Of a DNA stretch of 64,000 bases, positions 34,820 to 47,499 are shown piece by piece (positions within the stretch are counted from its first letter, which is position 1; each line of letters starts with the position of its first letter). The translations under genes and the position numbers were made by a program. The notes under the pieces are model-generated. The model was not told the origin of the DNA. It was given only the letters and a program-made list of their open reading frames with translations, and made no database searches. Source of the stretch: Octopus sinensis (taxonomy: Eukaryota); contig NC_042998.1 of the NCBI RefSeq assembly GCF_006345805.1, forward strand, positions 135,036,001-135,100,000, given 5' to 3'.

Positions 34820-36300
34820 ACATAACTTTTGGTGGGATGCACTTGTCTGGCAAGTGATTCGAGACCGTGCGTTGAAATTAAAACAATTACCTATGAAAAC
34901 CGTTAACTTCACTTCATTTAAATGACAAAATTTTCGTTGCGCTATCTACCACTCACAAACTTCCACTGCAACATTTATATAGAACACTTATGTAAATGTT
35001 TGTAACAACATCGTATACATAAGAAAAAGGGTTAAACTCCAATGCTTAACCTGAGCAAAAAAAAATGCAATAGGTGTAAAACAACATGTAGTAAATGAGT
35101 ATGAAAAAAGAAATGTGCGCTGGCGAACGGGAGTTTGGTGGGAAACGACTCGGAAAATTCCCATCGGGAATGTTCCGAGTCCTCTCACCACTTCCCCGTT
35201 CACTGACGAAATCTTTTTCTTCATATTTGTTTCTTACACAGTATTTTAATCCTAGTACACTATTTATTTCAATTCTTTTGACGATGGGGTGGTGGTGTGG
35301 AATTGGATAATCACACGATCCAGTAACCCCACTTTGAAACCCGGTCACAAAAAGGAAAAACAAATAGTGTAATAGGTGTAAAACAACATGTAGTAAACGA
35401 ATTTGGAAAAAAAAATGCATGTTGGCGAATGGGTGTGGGGGAGAGAGGACTCGGAAAATTCACTTGCCCAAGGTGCCATGCAGTAGGACTGAACCCGGAA
35501 CCATGTGGTTGGGAAGAATATCCATTTTCTTGAGGAAAAAAACCGGATTGTGTGAATTGTCCTGGCAACCCCACTGAAAAAGAAAGAATGTGGGCAACAA
35601 TGGTTGCCCACCAATGGATCCTGAGGTGGCAGGAGGAATGCAAGGACTTCCAGACAAGATGGAAGAACTCCATCCTCCTGTCGTGAAGGAAAAGAAGACA
35701 CGTAAAAAGAAGAATGGGACATTGCCGGTGGTTGATGGTGAACCACTGGCACACCTGGAAACTTTGTCGGTGGGATGTGTGCCACCGACAGAGAAAACAG
35801 CGGTCCCTCCCAGAAGGAGGTGAGATGATTTTGTCATCTTCTTCCAGAAGGGAGGGGCAGTACAGAGCTTTGTAGAGAAGCTGGATGACCGGAGAGAGGA
35901 GCCCATGCTCTGGACAGAGGATGAGGATTGGCCTTCGCAGGTGACTACGAAGATCATATCAGATGTCGGTATGTTCAGAGAGATGGGAGCCTTCTCAAAG
36001 GACATGTTCAGTTTTGCATTCTGGGGCTCCGACCTGCATCTGGAGCAGTGCCTAAGGGTAGCATACAGCCTGGTCAGGGAGGAGGATGATTGAGTTTTGT
36101 GAACTACGTTATTATTTGTAATGGATTATGAAGTCCAAAAAATTGAAAAAATTGTAAAACCTGTAAGAGGTTTAATACCTCGTTTTGTGTTTGTCTTCTC
36201 CCATCCTTATCATCCTTGTTTTATTATCATTCATTTCATTAATGTCCTTGTCTAGCCCGCAAAGCTACTATACTCTATGTACTGCCTTTATGGCAAATAT
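34820..36300 (+). other. Unclassified CpG-rich segment with a long hairpin, a direct repeat and a decayed ORF
   Basis: Hairpin 35103-35220; about 90-bp direct repeat 35069-35160 and 35371-35461; frame-1 ORF 35614-36093 broken by one TGA. Confidence 0.55.
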
Positions 36301-36309
36301 AATGAAATA

Positions 36310-36680
36310 AAGTAGCTTGCTTACCAACCACATAGTTCCGGGTTCAGTCCCACTGCATGGCACCTTGGGTAAGTGTCTTCTACTATAGTCTCAGGCCAAC
36401 CAAAGCCTTGTGATTGGATTTGGTAGACGGAAACTGAAAGAAGCCTGAGGTATATATATGTATGTATGTTTTTGTATATGTTTGTGTCTGTGTTTGTCCC
36501 CACAACATCGCTTGACAACTAATGCTGGTGTGTTTATGTCCCCGTAACTTAGCGGTTCGAGAAAAGAGACCGATAGAATAAGTACTGGGCTTACAAAGAA
36601 TAAGTCCTAGGGTCGATTTGCTCGACTAAAGGAAGTGCTCCAGCATGGCCGCAGTCAAATGACGGAAACAAGTAAGAGTA
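36310..36680 (+). mobile_element. SINE family A, 5'-truncated
   Basis: Homologous to 29634 from aagtagcttgc onward. Confidence 0.88.
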
Positions 36681-36689
36681 TATGCGTGT

Positions 36690-37176
36690 GTACCGGTTTA
36701 ACGCATTAGGCGTTTGTGGAAAACTGTAGTTCGGAAAGTGAATGTATACAGGATATCAAGTGTAAAACATATGCTATATATCACAAAATGTTTTCAGACA
36801 AAGTGAAATACAGTTTTCTTTTCTGTTTAAGAGATAATTTAAGGTTTACAGTAATTCTTGAAACTCAAACTTTGATGTAAATGTCATTGCAGGCGTGTTA
36901 TGTGTAACAGCAAACTAACCAATCAGATATCACCACTTTAACTTCATCCTAGTTACGCCTAACTACAAAATATTTATTTAAAAATATATATATCTTCCTA
37001 AAAGCTAAACAATTTGAGTAAAATAAACCATTTTATAATTTTTCTATATTAAAAAATATTGTTTTAGATGTGTTGAATTATTCACTGCTTTGTTGTAATG
37101 AGCCGACTTAAATGCGGTCCTGCAATGAATGCGTCGTGTCAAAATCAACAGAGAAGTTTAGTGTGTGGCAAGCAAA
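36690..37176 (+). promoter_or_regulatory. Putative promoter/5'UTR of the golgin gene
   Basis: CpG-retaining unique sequence, CCAAT at 36919-36923, aaaATGG start context. Confidence 0.55.
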
Positions 37177-37239
37177 ATGGCAGATGTTGTTTCTTCGACA
37201 TTATCGAAGAAGGATAAATTAGCAGCTGCAAGGAAAAAA
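37177..37239 (+). CDS. GOLGA2: First coding exon of a probable GM130-type golgin (MADVVSSTLSKKDKLAAARKK)
   Basis: KLAAA(R/K)KK followed by L..F in the next exon is the GM130 N-terminal motif; gtttgt donor, phase 0. AKAP9/pericentrin-type starts (KLEAGKAKL) fit less well but are not excluded. Confidence 0.6.
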
Positions 37240-37716
37240 GTTTGTACATTTTATTTCTTTTTTACTTCCTACCTTATATCTTCAGGTTTTAACTTATGTT
37301 GTCTTTTTTTGTATGGTTTTTATAATTATATTTATGCTTTTTTTTTCTACGGGCCGAAAATTCTCTCGCGAAATATGTTTTTTTCCTTCAACGTTCGTGT
37401 TAATTATACTGGCATTTTATTTGTTAAACGTTGGTCGGTAACCCTGGAGAAGTCTTTCAGAAAATTGATTACATTTGACCTTTAATTTTCTAATCGAATG
37501 TTTGTCGAGAAATGTATTTGAATTTCCAATATTTTTAGTTGTTCTAGTGTAGATGACAACACGTATACCCGTTGGACTTAAGTAGCTTAAATAATTTATG
37601 TTTATAAACGTTTATTACATGTCAGCACGAACGGCGACAGTGTTTTAATTATAATTTTGTATATGTGGCACATATTCCTTCGGAAACATAAGTACACACC
37701 TCAGTTTTGTAAACTC

Positions 37717-37796
37717 AGCATAATCTTAATGCATTTGTTCCTCTCTTCTCTTACCTAGCATAATCTTAATGTATTTGTTCCTCTCTTCTCTTACCT
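37717..37796. repeat. 2 x 40-bp tandem duplication (1 mismatch)
   Basis: agcataatcttaatg(c/t)atttgttcctctcttctcttacct occurs twice. Confidence 0.95.
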
Positions 37797-38044
37797 GGAT
37801 AGAGGCTTAGTTAAAGTTATGACATGGTCCAGTTAGCTTCCGAAGATTTATATTTTAGAGTTTAGGCTAAGTACCACATGATTTAGCGGCCCGTACGTCT
37901 GTTTACGTTATGTATCGGCTTGCTGTGTCTGGATGGTGCGTTTGTTCTTTACATCTGACCACGCCTTTATTAATCCTGCTCTTATCTCATCCACTCAACC
38001 ATTCCATTTTTTTTTATTCATTTGATTCAGTTGTATTTTTATAA

Positions 38045-38205
38045 TCTGTTGTGTCTGGGGAGAGTCAATCTCTTTTAGTGCCTTATTATGTAACACACTC
38101 ACCGGTAAAATTTCCACTTATTTCTTATTTTTGAATATAAATTTTACCGGTGAGTGTGTTAAATAATAAGGCACTAAAAGAGAATGACTCCCCAGACACA
38201 ACAGA
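38045..38205. mobile_element. Foldback/MITE-like repeat with about 68-bp inverted arms
   Basis: tctgttgtgtctggggagagtc...caccggtaaaattt is mirrored by aaattttaccggtg...ccccagacacaacaga; one-arm relative at about 56880-57010. Confidence 0.85.
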
Positions 38206-41200
38206 ATATGCTTCAACACACGAACTCGTATAAAGAATCTTGCAAACCAAATCCAAAAAACGAAGTATTATAAGTTACACTTAAGAGCACTGTATGTGTG
38301 TGTGTATATATATACATACACACACGAACACACCCATTTTTAATTTATCTATAATTCTATAATAAAATTGGGAAATTGGTACCTGAGTTATTTTGTTGGT
38401 TTTGCAATTAATCAATCGTTGGTAATTTCTACCTATATTATTATTTCTTGTTTCTTTTATTCCATGATTCTGAAGAAGTAGCTTTTAATGTATTTAAAAA
38501 AATAATTAAATGCAGTACCTGGATTCCTTTATTCCACCGATTTGATTCACATCACAAGATGGATATGTCACACATTTCCTCGGTACTCTTATTAAAACTA
38601 GGCGTGATTTATTTTACTGTCTAATTAGCACTAACAGTAGTTAATATGTTTAATCTTTGTACCTTTCAACAGCTTTTGGTTTGATATGTTGACTAAAACA
38701 CAACTGTTAATTGTGGGATGTTATAGATGATTGAATATTTGTACTTCCTTTTGGGGGGATAAACGGCAAAGTCGATGTAAACCTAGCAATGCATTTAGTC
38801 TGGCGCTGTACTGTATTGGCCATCTCTATCGAAAGATTAGTTGATCGATAATAACTGTCCCTAATGTGATTTACGTGTGATTTGTGAAATATCAATCGTG
38901 GTGTTGGTTTTTGCTAATGTTGTTACATGCCAAATGTTATCAGACTTGATCAGCGAACTGTAGTCAACGAAAGTTCATTGATATTTTACTATGAGGACTT
39001 TAATCGATCGTATTAACTCCAAATAAGAATACGGTAATTCTTGAAATTACCGATTCCTCTTAAAACCCCTTCTTTGACAGGTAATTTATGGAAAACGAGT
39101 GACTAAATGTTTTAGTTGACAACGTTATATGGTTAATTCAAGTTAATACTCAGTAGTGACTTTACCGTTAATTGTTACTTCATCGTGAATAAATCAAACA
39201 GGAAATCAAGATTCTTTTATTTTAAAAGCATTATTCAGGAATTTAATTTTCTATTTTCGTCCTGAAAAGAATCTCGTCATTGTAGGCTGATTTTATACTG
39301 ATTAGACATCTTATAGTATTAATTTTTAGACAGCTTTTTTGATATTGTCATTTATACCAATTTAGAAACTTCGTCCTCATTCTGTTTCATTCCATGAATG
39401 AAATACAAAATGCAACTCTTTATGCGAGTGAAAAAGCACAAAAACAAAAAGTTATTTCCCCACTCACTTTTTTTTGCCGTAATAATTGTAAACTCATATA
39501 AAATAACGGATGAGATTTGCTTAAAACGTGCTTTCCATTGGGATAACTTACAAAGAAAGCACAACTAGAATGAATCTGCTTCCGAATATTGATCTATGCA
39601 TGGAATAACTCAGTTCATGGTGGTCTATAAACGAACTTTTCAGTGATTTTTATATATAAGCTTTAAAAATTAGATATTATCTATAAGTATAAATCATTTT
39701 ATCAAAATATAAAAAAAAAAAAGATGTTAGAAAAAGGTTCGATAATTATTGAATATATAGTAATAGGAATCATTGTAAAAAATGACCCGGGAAGGTGGTA
39801 AATAACCGAATTTCACAGCGAAGTAAAAAAATAAGGACCAAAAACTGCTGATATTTTGTCAAAATGTAAAAGATTGGTAACCAAAAGATGCACGTTTCTT
39901 TTCCGACTGCAGAAAACATGTGAGGCAGTGTGTCAGTTTTAGCACTTTATTATATAATTCCATTCACATTTTAAAGCGCTTTATATGAATATTAAATTAA
40001 CTCCAGTACTTGACTGGTATGCTATTTTAACCCCCCTCCCTCGATAACAAAGTTGACTTCAGCCAAATTTGAGCTTCAAATATAAAGGCTGTAACTAAAT
40101 ATTGCGAGCATTTTGTTTCAACTAATGATTCTAGCAATTTCTTGTGCAGTGAGACCTGAATATTGAATATAGAGCCTGAAGAAAAGTGAGTGTGTACTGT
40201 TTACTTGATCCAAAAGGTGGAGCACAAATGAACTAAGAGAGCAGCTAGATAAACAAGGTAATGGTTAATATACACAGCAGTGATGACTGCACTAGTATGG
40301 ACATGATGCAATGAGTGTTGAGGAAGAAGTGATGGGACTCAATCTCAGTGCTGAACTTTCACATGATGTATATATATATGTGTGTGTATTTATATTGTCA
40401 ACATCATTTAATGTTCAGTTTTCCATACTTGCGTGGGTCAGATGCTCTTATCACCACCTCTTACCTGTGTCCAAGGAAGGGGCTATCTTTTGATAAAAGC
40501 CTATGATGTAGTGAGTGAGTGTGTGACGTGTTTCATCTGCTCTACAGAGCTGAACAGTCCAACATAAACTTCTGCATACATACACACACAGGACTGACAT
40601 CATTTACTAATACCAAAACATTGCCCAAGCAAGGTAATATTTCTTATAGCTGGGCTCTAAGTCTGGAATCGAACATCACTTGTATGATGGTGATGCTTGT
40701 TTACTACATTATGTCAGGACATGGACACACACACACACAATTTCAGTTTCCATATACCAAATCTATTCACTGGGAATGCACTTGAGACCACATGATTAGG
40801 AAGCAGACTTCTTAACCACACTGCTATACTTGTGCCTATCTATCTGTGAATGTAGCAAGGATGGCATGTGTGAATGACGGAGCCACCTTGAGCATAATCC
40901 TAGGAATGAGGGAAAGAAAGGAAAAAAGAGTTACTTACTGTAATGTGTCTTTGTAGGACATTATTGCCTGAGGTTACTGTGGTCTTTTCTGTAGGCTTTT
41001 CTTTCCATGGACAAACCTAATGTTTTTTTCTTTTTTGTAACATTTACAATATTTTCTGTGATACGCGATCCCTTTCAATTGGCGCTTTTTGTTTATGGTC
41101 CCTTTTGATCGAAATTTTATCTTTCTCCTTTTTCTTTCTTCAAAAGAAAAGCTGTACATTGTATTTTTTCCCCTCTGTTCAGCTCTGTGTGGCAAAGCAA

Positions 41201-41794
41201 CATCTATCTATCCATCTATCGATGCATCCATATACATACATACACTCAGTGACCTAAAGATGAAATGCAAGGTGATTGTAACTTCAAGATTTTGTCAGTT
41301 GGTGAAGTAAGAGAAATGGTTAGAATAAATAAATGGAGTGGGCAGACTTATAGGATTAATAAGAGGATGTGTAAATAAGGTCTTAAATTATAAATGTAAA
41401 AACCTAACATTTGTCACCTCATCAATTTTGTGATTGAGAAAACTTCTGGTCAAAGACATTCAACTATGATCCTTTTGCCCTTCGCAAAAATCTTGGACTT
41501 CATTATCCAGCATGCTTCTTTTTCTGGAAAGAAGAGTATTATTTGAAGGTAATTTTGCTAATATTTCATCAAGTGACTACTCCCTCTTCCCATTGGTTCA
41601 TCAGTTTTATATTTTTCTGTGGTTTATCAGCAATCCAACTTCAGTCATCCAGCAGAAAAAGAATATCGTATTGCTTTTGGTAAATTTTTTTGTTAAAACA
41701 AAAATAATGATTAAGTTTTTTAGCTTCTTAGTTTAAATTCTCCACAAATATAAAATCAGATTAACTGATGTGGTTCATTAAAAACTAACAGTAA

Positions 41795-43200
41795 TGTATT
41801 CATTATCATCATTTAATGTTCATCTTACATACTGGCATTGGTTGGAAGGTTTGACAGGAGCTGGCAAGCCAGAGGATTGCACCAAGCTGCAGTGTCTGTT
41901 TTGGCATGGTTTTTACAGTTTGATGCCTTCCAAATGCCAAATACTTTACAGAGTGGACTAGGTGCTCTTTACTTGGCACCAGCACTGGCAAAGTCACCAA
42001 GCACCTTGCAAGACAACGATCCTTTGAGAGGGATGGTAGTATTGAAGGAGATGGCTCTTTGCCAGGTGATGAGAGGTTAGAATATGGCAGAAGGATAGAA
42101 ATGGGTGTCTTGTTGTAGAGGAGATATATGATAAACCCAATCAAAAAGTGAGAGAGAACAAGAATGGAAGAGAGCGTAAAGGTGAGAAAGAGCAATAGAG
42201 ATGATGGCGATGTGCCAGGGCATATTCACATAGTGCAGGGATGAGAATATAAATGAAATGGTAGAGCATTGCCAAGGGTGCATGAGTAGGGAGTTCATGT
42301 GAATGCAAAATGGCCAGTGGGGTAGGGGGATGCAGTAACTGGTGAAACCTGGGTGTGTAGGAGTGGGGACAACAGGATAGCAATGATACTATGGGTAGGG
42401 CTGGGAGGACAGGATTGGGCTGCAGGAATAGTGCATGAAAAAGAGGAAATGTGAGGAAGAGAAAAGATGTAGTTATATTTATTGGAGTAGTGTGTGTGAA
42501 AAATTTAATATTACACATGGGTGGGACACAGCATTCACAGAACTCAGTTTCGTTGAGGTGGACAGGTCTTCTCAAGAACCTCATATTGTCAGATATGTTG
42601 GTCAATTATCAGCTCTGCTGTGAGGCCCAACACCTTGAGATCGGTCCTCACTACTTCATCCCATATCTTTCTGAGTTTCCCTCTACCACAGGTACCATCC
42701 GCTTTAAGTGATCAGCACTTTATACAGCTGTCTTCATTCATACGTATCACATGTTCAAGTCAGCATAGTCTTCTTGCTTGCATGTTGCATCTCATTCCTC
42801 TTATGCCCATCTTTTCTCTTAGCATATTTACACTTTGTTGTACATGCACACTGATGTTGCATATCCATTGGAGCATACTAGCTTTATTCCCTTTAGTCTA
42901 CACCTGTCTTGTGCATTCAAAGCCCATATCTCACTCCATGGAGTATAGCCATTATACAGTTTGCCTTTCACTTTGAGGGAGAGTCCTTTTCTTGCCAACA
43001 GAGGTAATAGGCCTCTAAGCTTCCATCCTGTTCTTATTCTGGCAAGAGCCCCCACTACTGTTAATTTGGTCACCTAAGTAACAGAAACCATCTTCAAGCT
43101 TAAGAGAGCCTCCTGGGCATTTGAAAAAGTCTAATTTCTGTTCTTAGCACTTATTGTTCCTGCACATCTGCAATCATGTCAGCTACATTTTACATGCTCA
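41795..43200 (-). mobile_element. Older RTE LINE 3' remnant
   Basis: Minus strand LLPLLARKGLSLKVKGKLYN matches LLPLLVTKGLSHRVKGRLYD of the RTE at 63.4 kb; (GAT)n tail near 41800. Confidence 0.82.
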
Positions 43201-43841
43201 AAAAACGCCTATAATTTTATGAACTGTCTCTGATTTCAACAAATTTTTTCTACTTCTACACTAAAACCAATGGATTATATAAGGAGGGAGCTTCTTGCAC
43301 AGCATTTTTTGTTATATACTTAATTGCAATAGTAGCTTTTCCTCATTGTTGCAGCAACTGGAGATTGGCTTCGTTTTGTGATATAAATTTTTGTAAAGAT
43401 TCTTGTCGTATAATATACAAAATTATATTCATTGTTTTTAGGACATACATGCATGTGCATACAAGTATCGGAAGTTATTGGTTATTTAGTCCTTGGTCAG
43501 CTCTGACCAAGGAGACATATGATCAGTGGTATTCCAGCTATGACCCTTCCATCATTTTTAGAGGTCTGTAAGACTATATTATTCCAAGGTGACCTTTTTA
43601 AGGCTGAAGGATGTGATTTAAAGATTTGTCTGCTATTTCTTGTAGGTCAAAATATTAAGAGTGTAACAATGCAACCCCTTTGTAGTCAATTATAAAAGCT
43701 TTGCTCCAGTAGGCCTACATAGAGCCATAAAGCATGAAAGTTCATAATTTATTTTATATTTTCATGTTTTACATTCTATTTTCCATAGGTAAAGTTGGTA
43801 AGCCATGACAGATTGGGGAAAGTGTACAATATCACTTTTAA

Positions 43842-44060
43842 CCCTTTCATTACTGTATTCATTTTGAGAAGCTCTGTGTTTCTTTCAATTACTTTAAATG
43901 TAACAAAGAATTTAGTAAAATAACTTAGTTATCTTTCAGCTAGTGTTAGGAATGTAAATTGTGACTAAGGTTTGGCGGAAGATTTTAATTCAAAACTTAT
44001 GAAAATAAGTCATTTGTACTCAAAGCCAGAGTCGGTTTCAGCTGGATTGGTTACGAAACA
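43842..44060 (-). mobile_element. TTAA-type MITE, reverse copy
   Basis: TTAA|CCCTTTCATTAC, then the reverse complement of the 6280 body; far end degraded. Confidence 0.8.
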
Positions 44061-46741
44061 AAAACTAGAAAGAAGTACACATAAAGAACAGTTAAAGGTT
44101 TTTGTTATGTCTTTTTTTTATGTAGCCTCTATGAATTGGAATATTTATTATTTGCGAATGCTTTAAAATATATTGCACCCCCAGCCTCAGTTAATTAAGT
44201 GGTTATTGTATTGCTTGCTATCTAAGCAGTCTGAAGCAATAATGACAGTAATAAGGTCTTAATTTTTCATCGGAAGTCTAACCCATTTGTTCCCAACTTA
44301 TGAATCTTGCTCATCTTTCTTTCGCAAGGAAATAGAAATATATGTCTGATCATTTTGAAATTCCTTGACTAGCTATGCAACAGTTCTCACTGTTGTATCT
44401 GTCCTTTCTTAACAGATTGTAGGTATTGCCTTTTCTTCCCCAATTCACAAATAAAGGAATATGATAGAATATTGAAGTACAAGCATGGTTGTGTGGTAAG
44501 TTAGCTTTCCAGTGACATGTTTTTCCTGCATATTCCTTTTGGCAAATGTTTTCTACTATAGCCCCAGGCTGATCAAAGCTTTGTGAATGGATTTGGAAGA
44601 TGGAAACTGAAAGAAGCCCATTATATATAGATGCCATCATCATCTTCATCATCGTTTAACATTTGCTTTCCATGCTGGCATGGGTTGGACGGTTTTATAT
44701 GAAGCTGGTAGCAGGGAACTGTCCTAATTCCAGCTGTCTGTTGAGGCATGGTTTCTACAGCTAGAAGCCCTTCCTAGCATCAACCACTTGGGTGTGCTGG
44801 GTGATTTTTATGTGCTACCAGCATGGGTGCATTTATGCAGCACTGCTATGGGTGCTTTTTAAGTGACACCTGCACCTGAAAGGTGTGTGGAAGACAGCAA
44901 TTTTATTTAACTTGATGTGTCTTATGAAGTACAGCAAATTGCTACATCTCCCAGTCCCTTGTCTTTTCCTCTGCTCAGCGTCTGAAATCCTTTCTCACCA
45001 CTTTGCCTCATGTTTTCCTGGGTCTACCCTTTCACCAGTTTCCCTCTACAATTAGAGCTCAGCACCTCTTTATGCAGTTATCCTCATTTTTTATTGTCAC
45101 ACACTAGTTGTAAATGAATATTACCTTTATGCAAGCAGTGTCCATTGTTTCCAATCTTTTGTGAATATATGTTTAGCCATGGAGAAATATTACTTTACTA
45201 AGAACAGGTGAAGGTTAATGACAGGAAAGGTATATGGCTGTATTTTTGTAATTATTAGGTAATTGGAGCTAGATCATGTTGATATTTTGGTGAAGTGTCC
45301 TTGCATGACATTTATTATTAGCACATGAAGTATATAGTTTTATTCATTTAGCTAGTTTTGTATTTTGGCATGATTATATTTTATATTGACCAGTTTGCTG
45401 TAAACTTGTGTGCATTAACTGTTCCAATGAATAATCAGGCCATTATTTTCATCCATCAATTCTCCAACTCGCTAAAGGATTTAAGCCAAACTTTGTCATT
45501 GTCAAGGACATAGTGCAGCAACAGTAGTAATGTTTTATGAACTGTTAATCTTTTAACTAGTAGGCCATAAATCTAACAACTTGTCTTGTTGAAACTCTTA
45601 TAAACATTATCCAACACTAGTCCTCATATTTGTTATACGAAATTGTTTTTTCCTACTCACCCTTTTGTTACTATATATCTATTGAAATACATTACATTGG
45701 TTCAGTTAATATGCAAATATGTGGCTACTCTGTGACACCTTGTGCAAGTATCTTCATTTATAGTCTTGGGCTAACCAATACCTTATGAATGAAGTTGGCA
45801 AATGAAAATTTTGTGTTTGTGTGTCAGTGTATTAAGTGCTTGTGTGTCTGTGTGTGTGTGTGTGTGAATAATTACTTTCCACATGCTAATGTATGACACG
45901 TTGCACTGGAAGTGATGTCCTGTCACTGTTTCTTGTAACTTTGTCACTTGGCAGTTACAACATGTAAAAACTAGTAGAATAATAGTATTTTACTTAAATG
46001 GGTATGTTAGCAACAGGAAAGGCATCCAACAGTAGCATACTGCTTCGTATAAGTGTTGTCCAACCCATACTAGCATGGAAAAAGTGGATGTAAAAATGAA
46101 GACATGGGGACTGAAATGAAACAAATGCTTTGTTTATATAATGGTGACAATAATATATCAGAATGCCTAAAGGTCAAATAGCATAATGTGAGAAATATAT
46201 TTGCTTTAGAAGCATTAGTCATTGTATGCAAATTAGACAATATCATTAGTATTAAGATGTAAAGAAAATGGATAAGAGATTTGTTGCTGAGATTACATGG
46301 AAAACAAAGAGGCTGATGAAGAGCTGAGAAGTGGTAGTTTTTAAATTAAATTGTTTTTTTAAATAAATATTTTAGTCAAAGGTAGAGATGCAGTTTCCTT
46401 GATCTTTGCAGGAAGTCTTTGGTGGGATTAATGTGGCTGATATTAAGCATTAATATATGCAGGGTTGGGGTGTCTGCTTTTAATGGAATAAATTCTACTA
46501 AAAGTATCCAATGACCAGGCAGTGGGGTTAAACTGGGTTGGATATTGTATTACATCTTTTGAAAGTTTGGCTTTCCAGGCTAGATAACACAAGAGGAAGT
46601 ATAAATGTATGCTGTATGTAATTATCCAGCTTGTGTGAGGTTAGGAATAATATTCAATTAGTTGAAATAATGTTTTTAGAATTGAGAATGAGTGTAGAGA
46701 AAGAGATCAATATACATGTTGATACAAGTGTGGTATTATGT

Positions 46742-47102
46742 GATCTTTTATCCTGTTTTGGTCATTGGATGGCAGCCATGCTTGAGCACTGCCTTAAAGG
46801 GTTTAGTCAATCAAATTAGCTCCAGTACATGGTTTTTATTCTTTTTAAGGTTTGGTATTTATTCTAGCAGTTGCTTTTGGCAAATTATTATATGGACATA
46901 AACAAACTAACACTGGTTTCAAGCAAAGAAGGGAAGGAACAAAACTCACACACAGTGGATTTCTACAAAGTTTCCATCTACTAAATTCACTCATAAGGCA
47001 TTGGTTGACTTGGGACTATTGTAGAATACACTTGCCCAAGGTGCTGAACAACTAACTGGACTGAATCTGAAATTATGTGGTTGTAAAGTGAGCTTCATAG
47101 CC
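46742..47102 (-). mobile_element. Old SINE family A
   Basis: Diverged full-length reverse copy. Confidence 0.75.
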
Positions 47103-47499
47103 TCATATATTGTCTTACAAGCAATATAAGTTTTATGTAATTATTTTTAAAAATTCAATACTTTTTAAGATTTTATAACTTGTACCATAAACTCTGTTAA
47201 ATTTTGTAAGCAAAATGAAATAAAAATGAAGTTTAATACTTTTTTTTAACATACAAATTAAGCATTCCAAATATGATGTTTTCAAATTTTGTTATTTAAA
47301 TATGGCAGTGAAAATTTATAAAAATGAGAAAATGTTCTTGAGCAACTGCAAGTTGATGGCTGGTTGGAAGTTCAATGGGTTGATATTCTATGGAGCAAGG
47401 ATTAAACATAGTAGGTTAGTATGGAGCCTGGGAAGGGAGACAGAATGACAGGAAAGACAAGGATGGTCCAGCAGTTAGATAACACTAGACGTTTGCATG

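Noticed and set aside
35821-35823. Selenocysteine or programmed read-through at the in-frame TGA
   Set aside because: No SECIS recognised and no selenoprotein similarity; a nonsense mutation is simpler.
44297-44352. CTTATGA...GAAATATATGTC, hammerhead-like
   Set aside because: G5 is mutated, the stem II register does not fit and there is no stem I.
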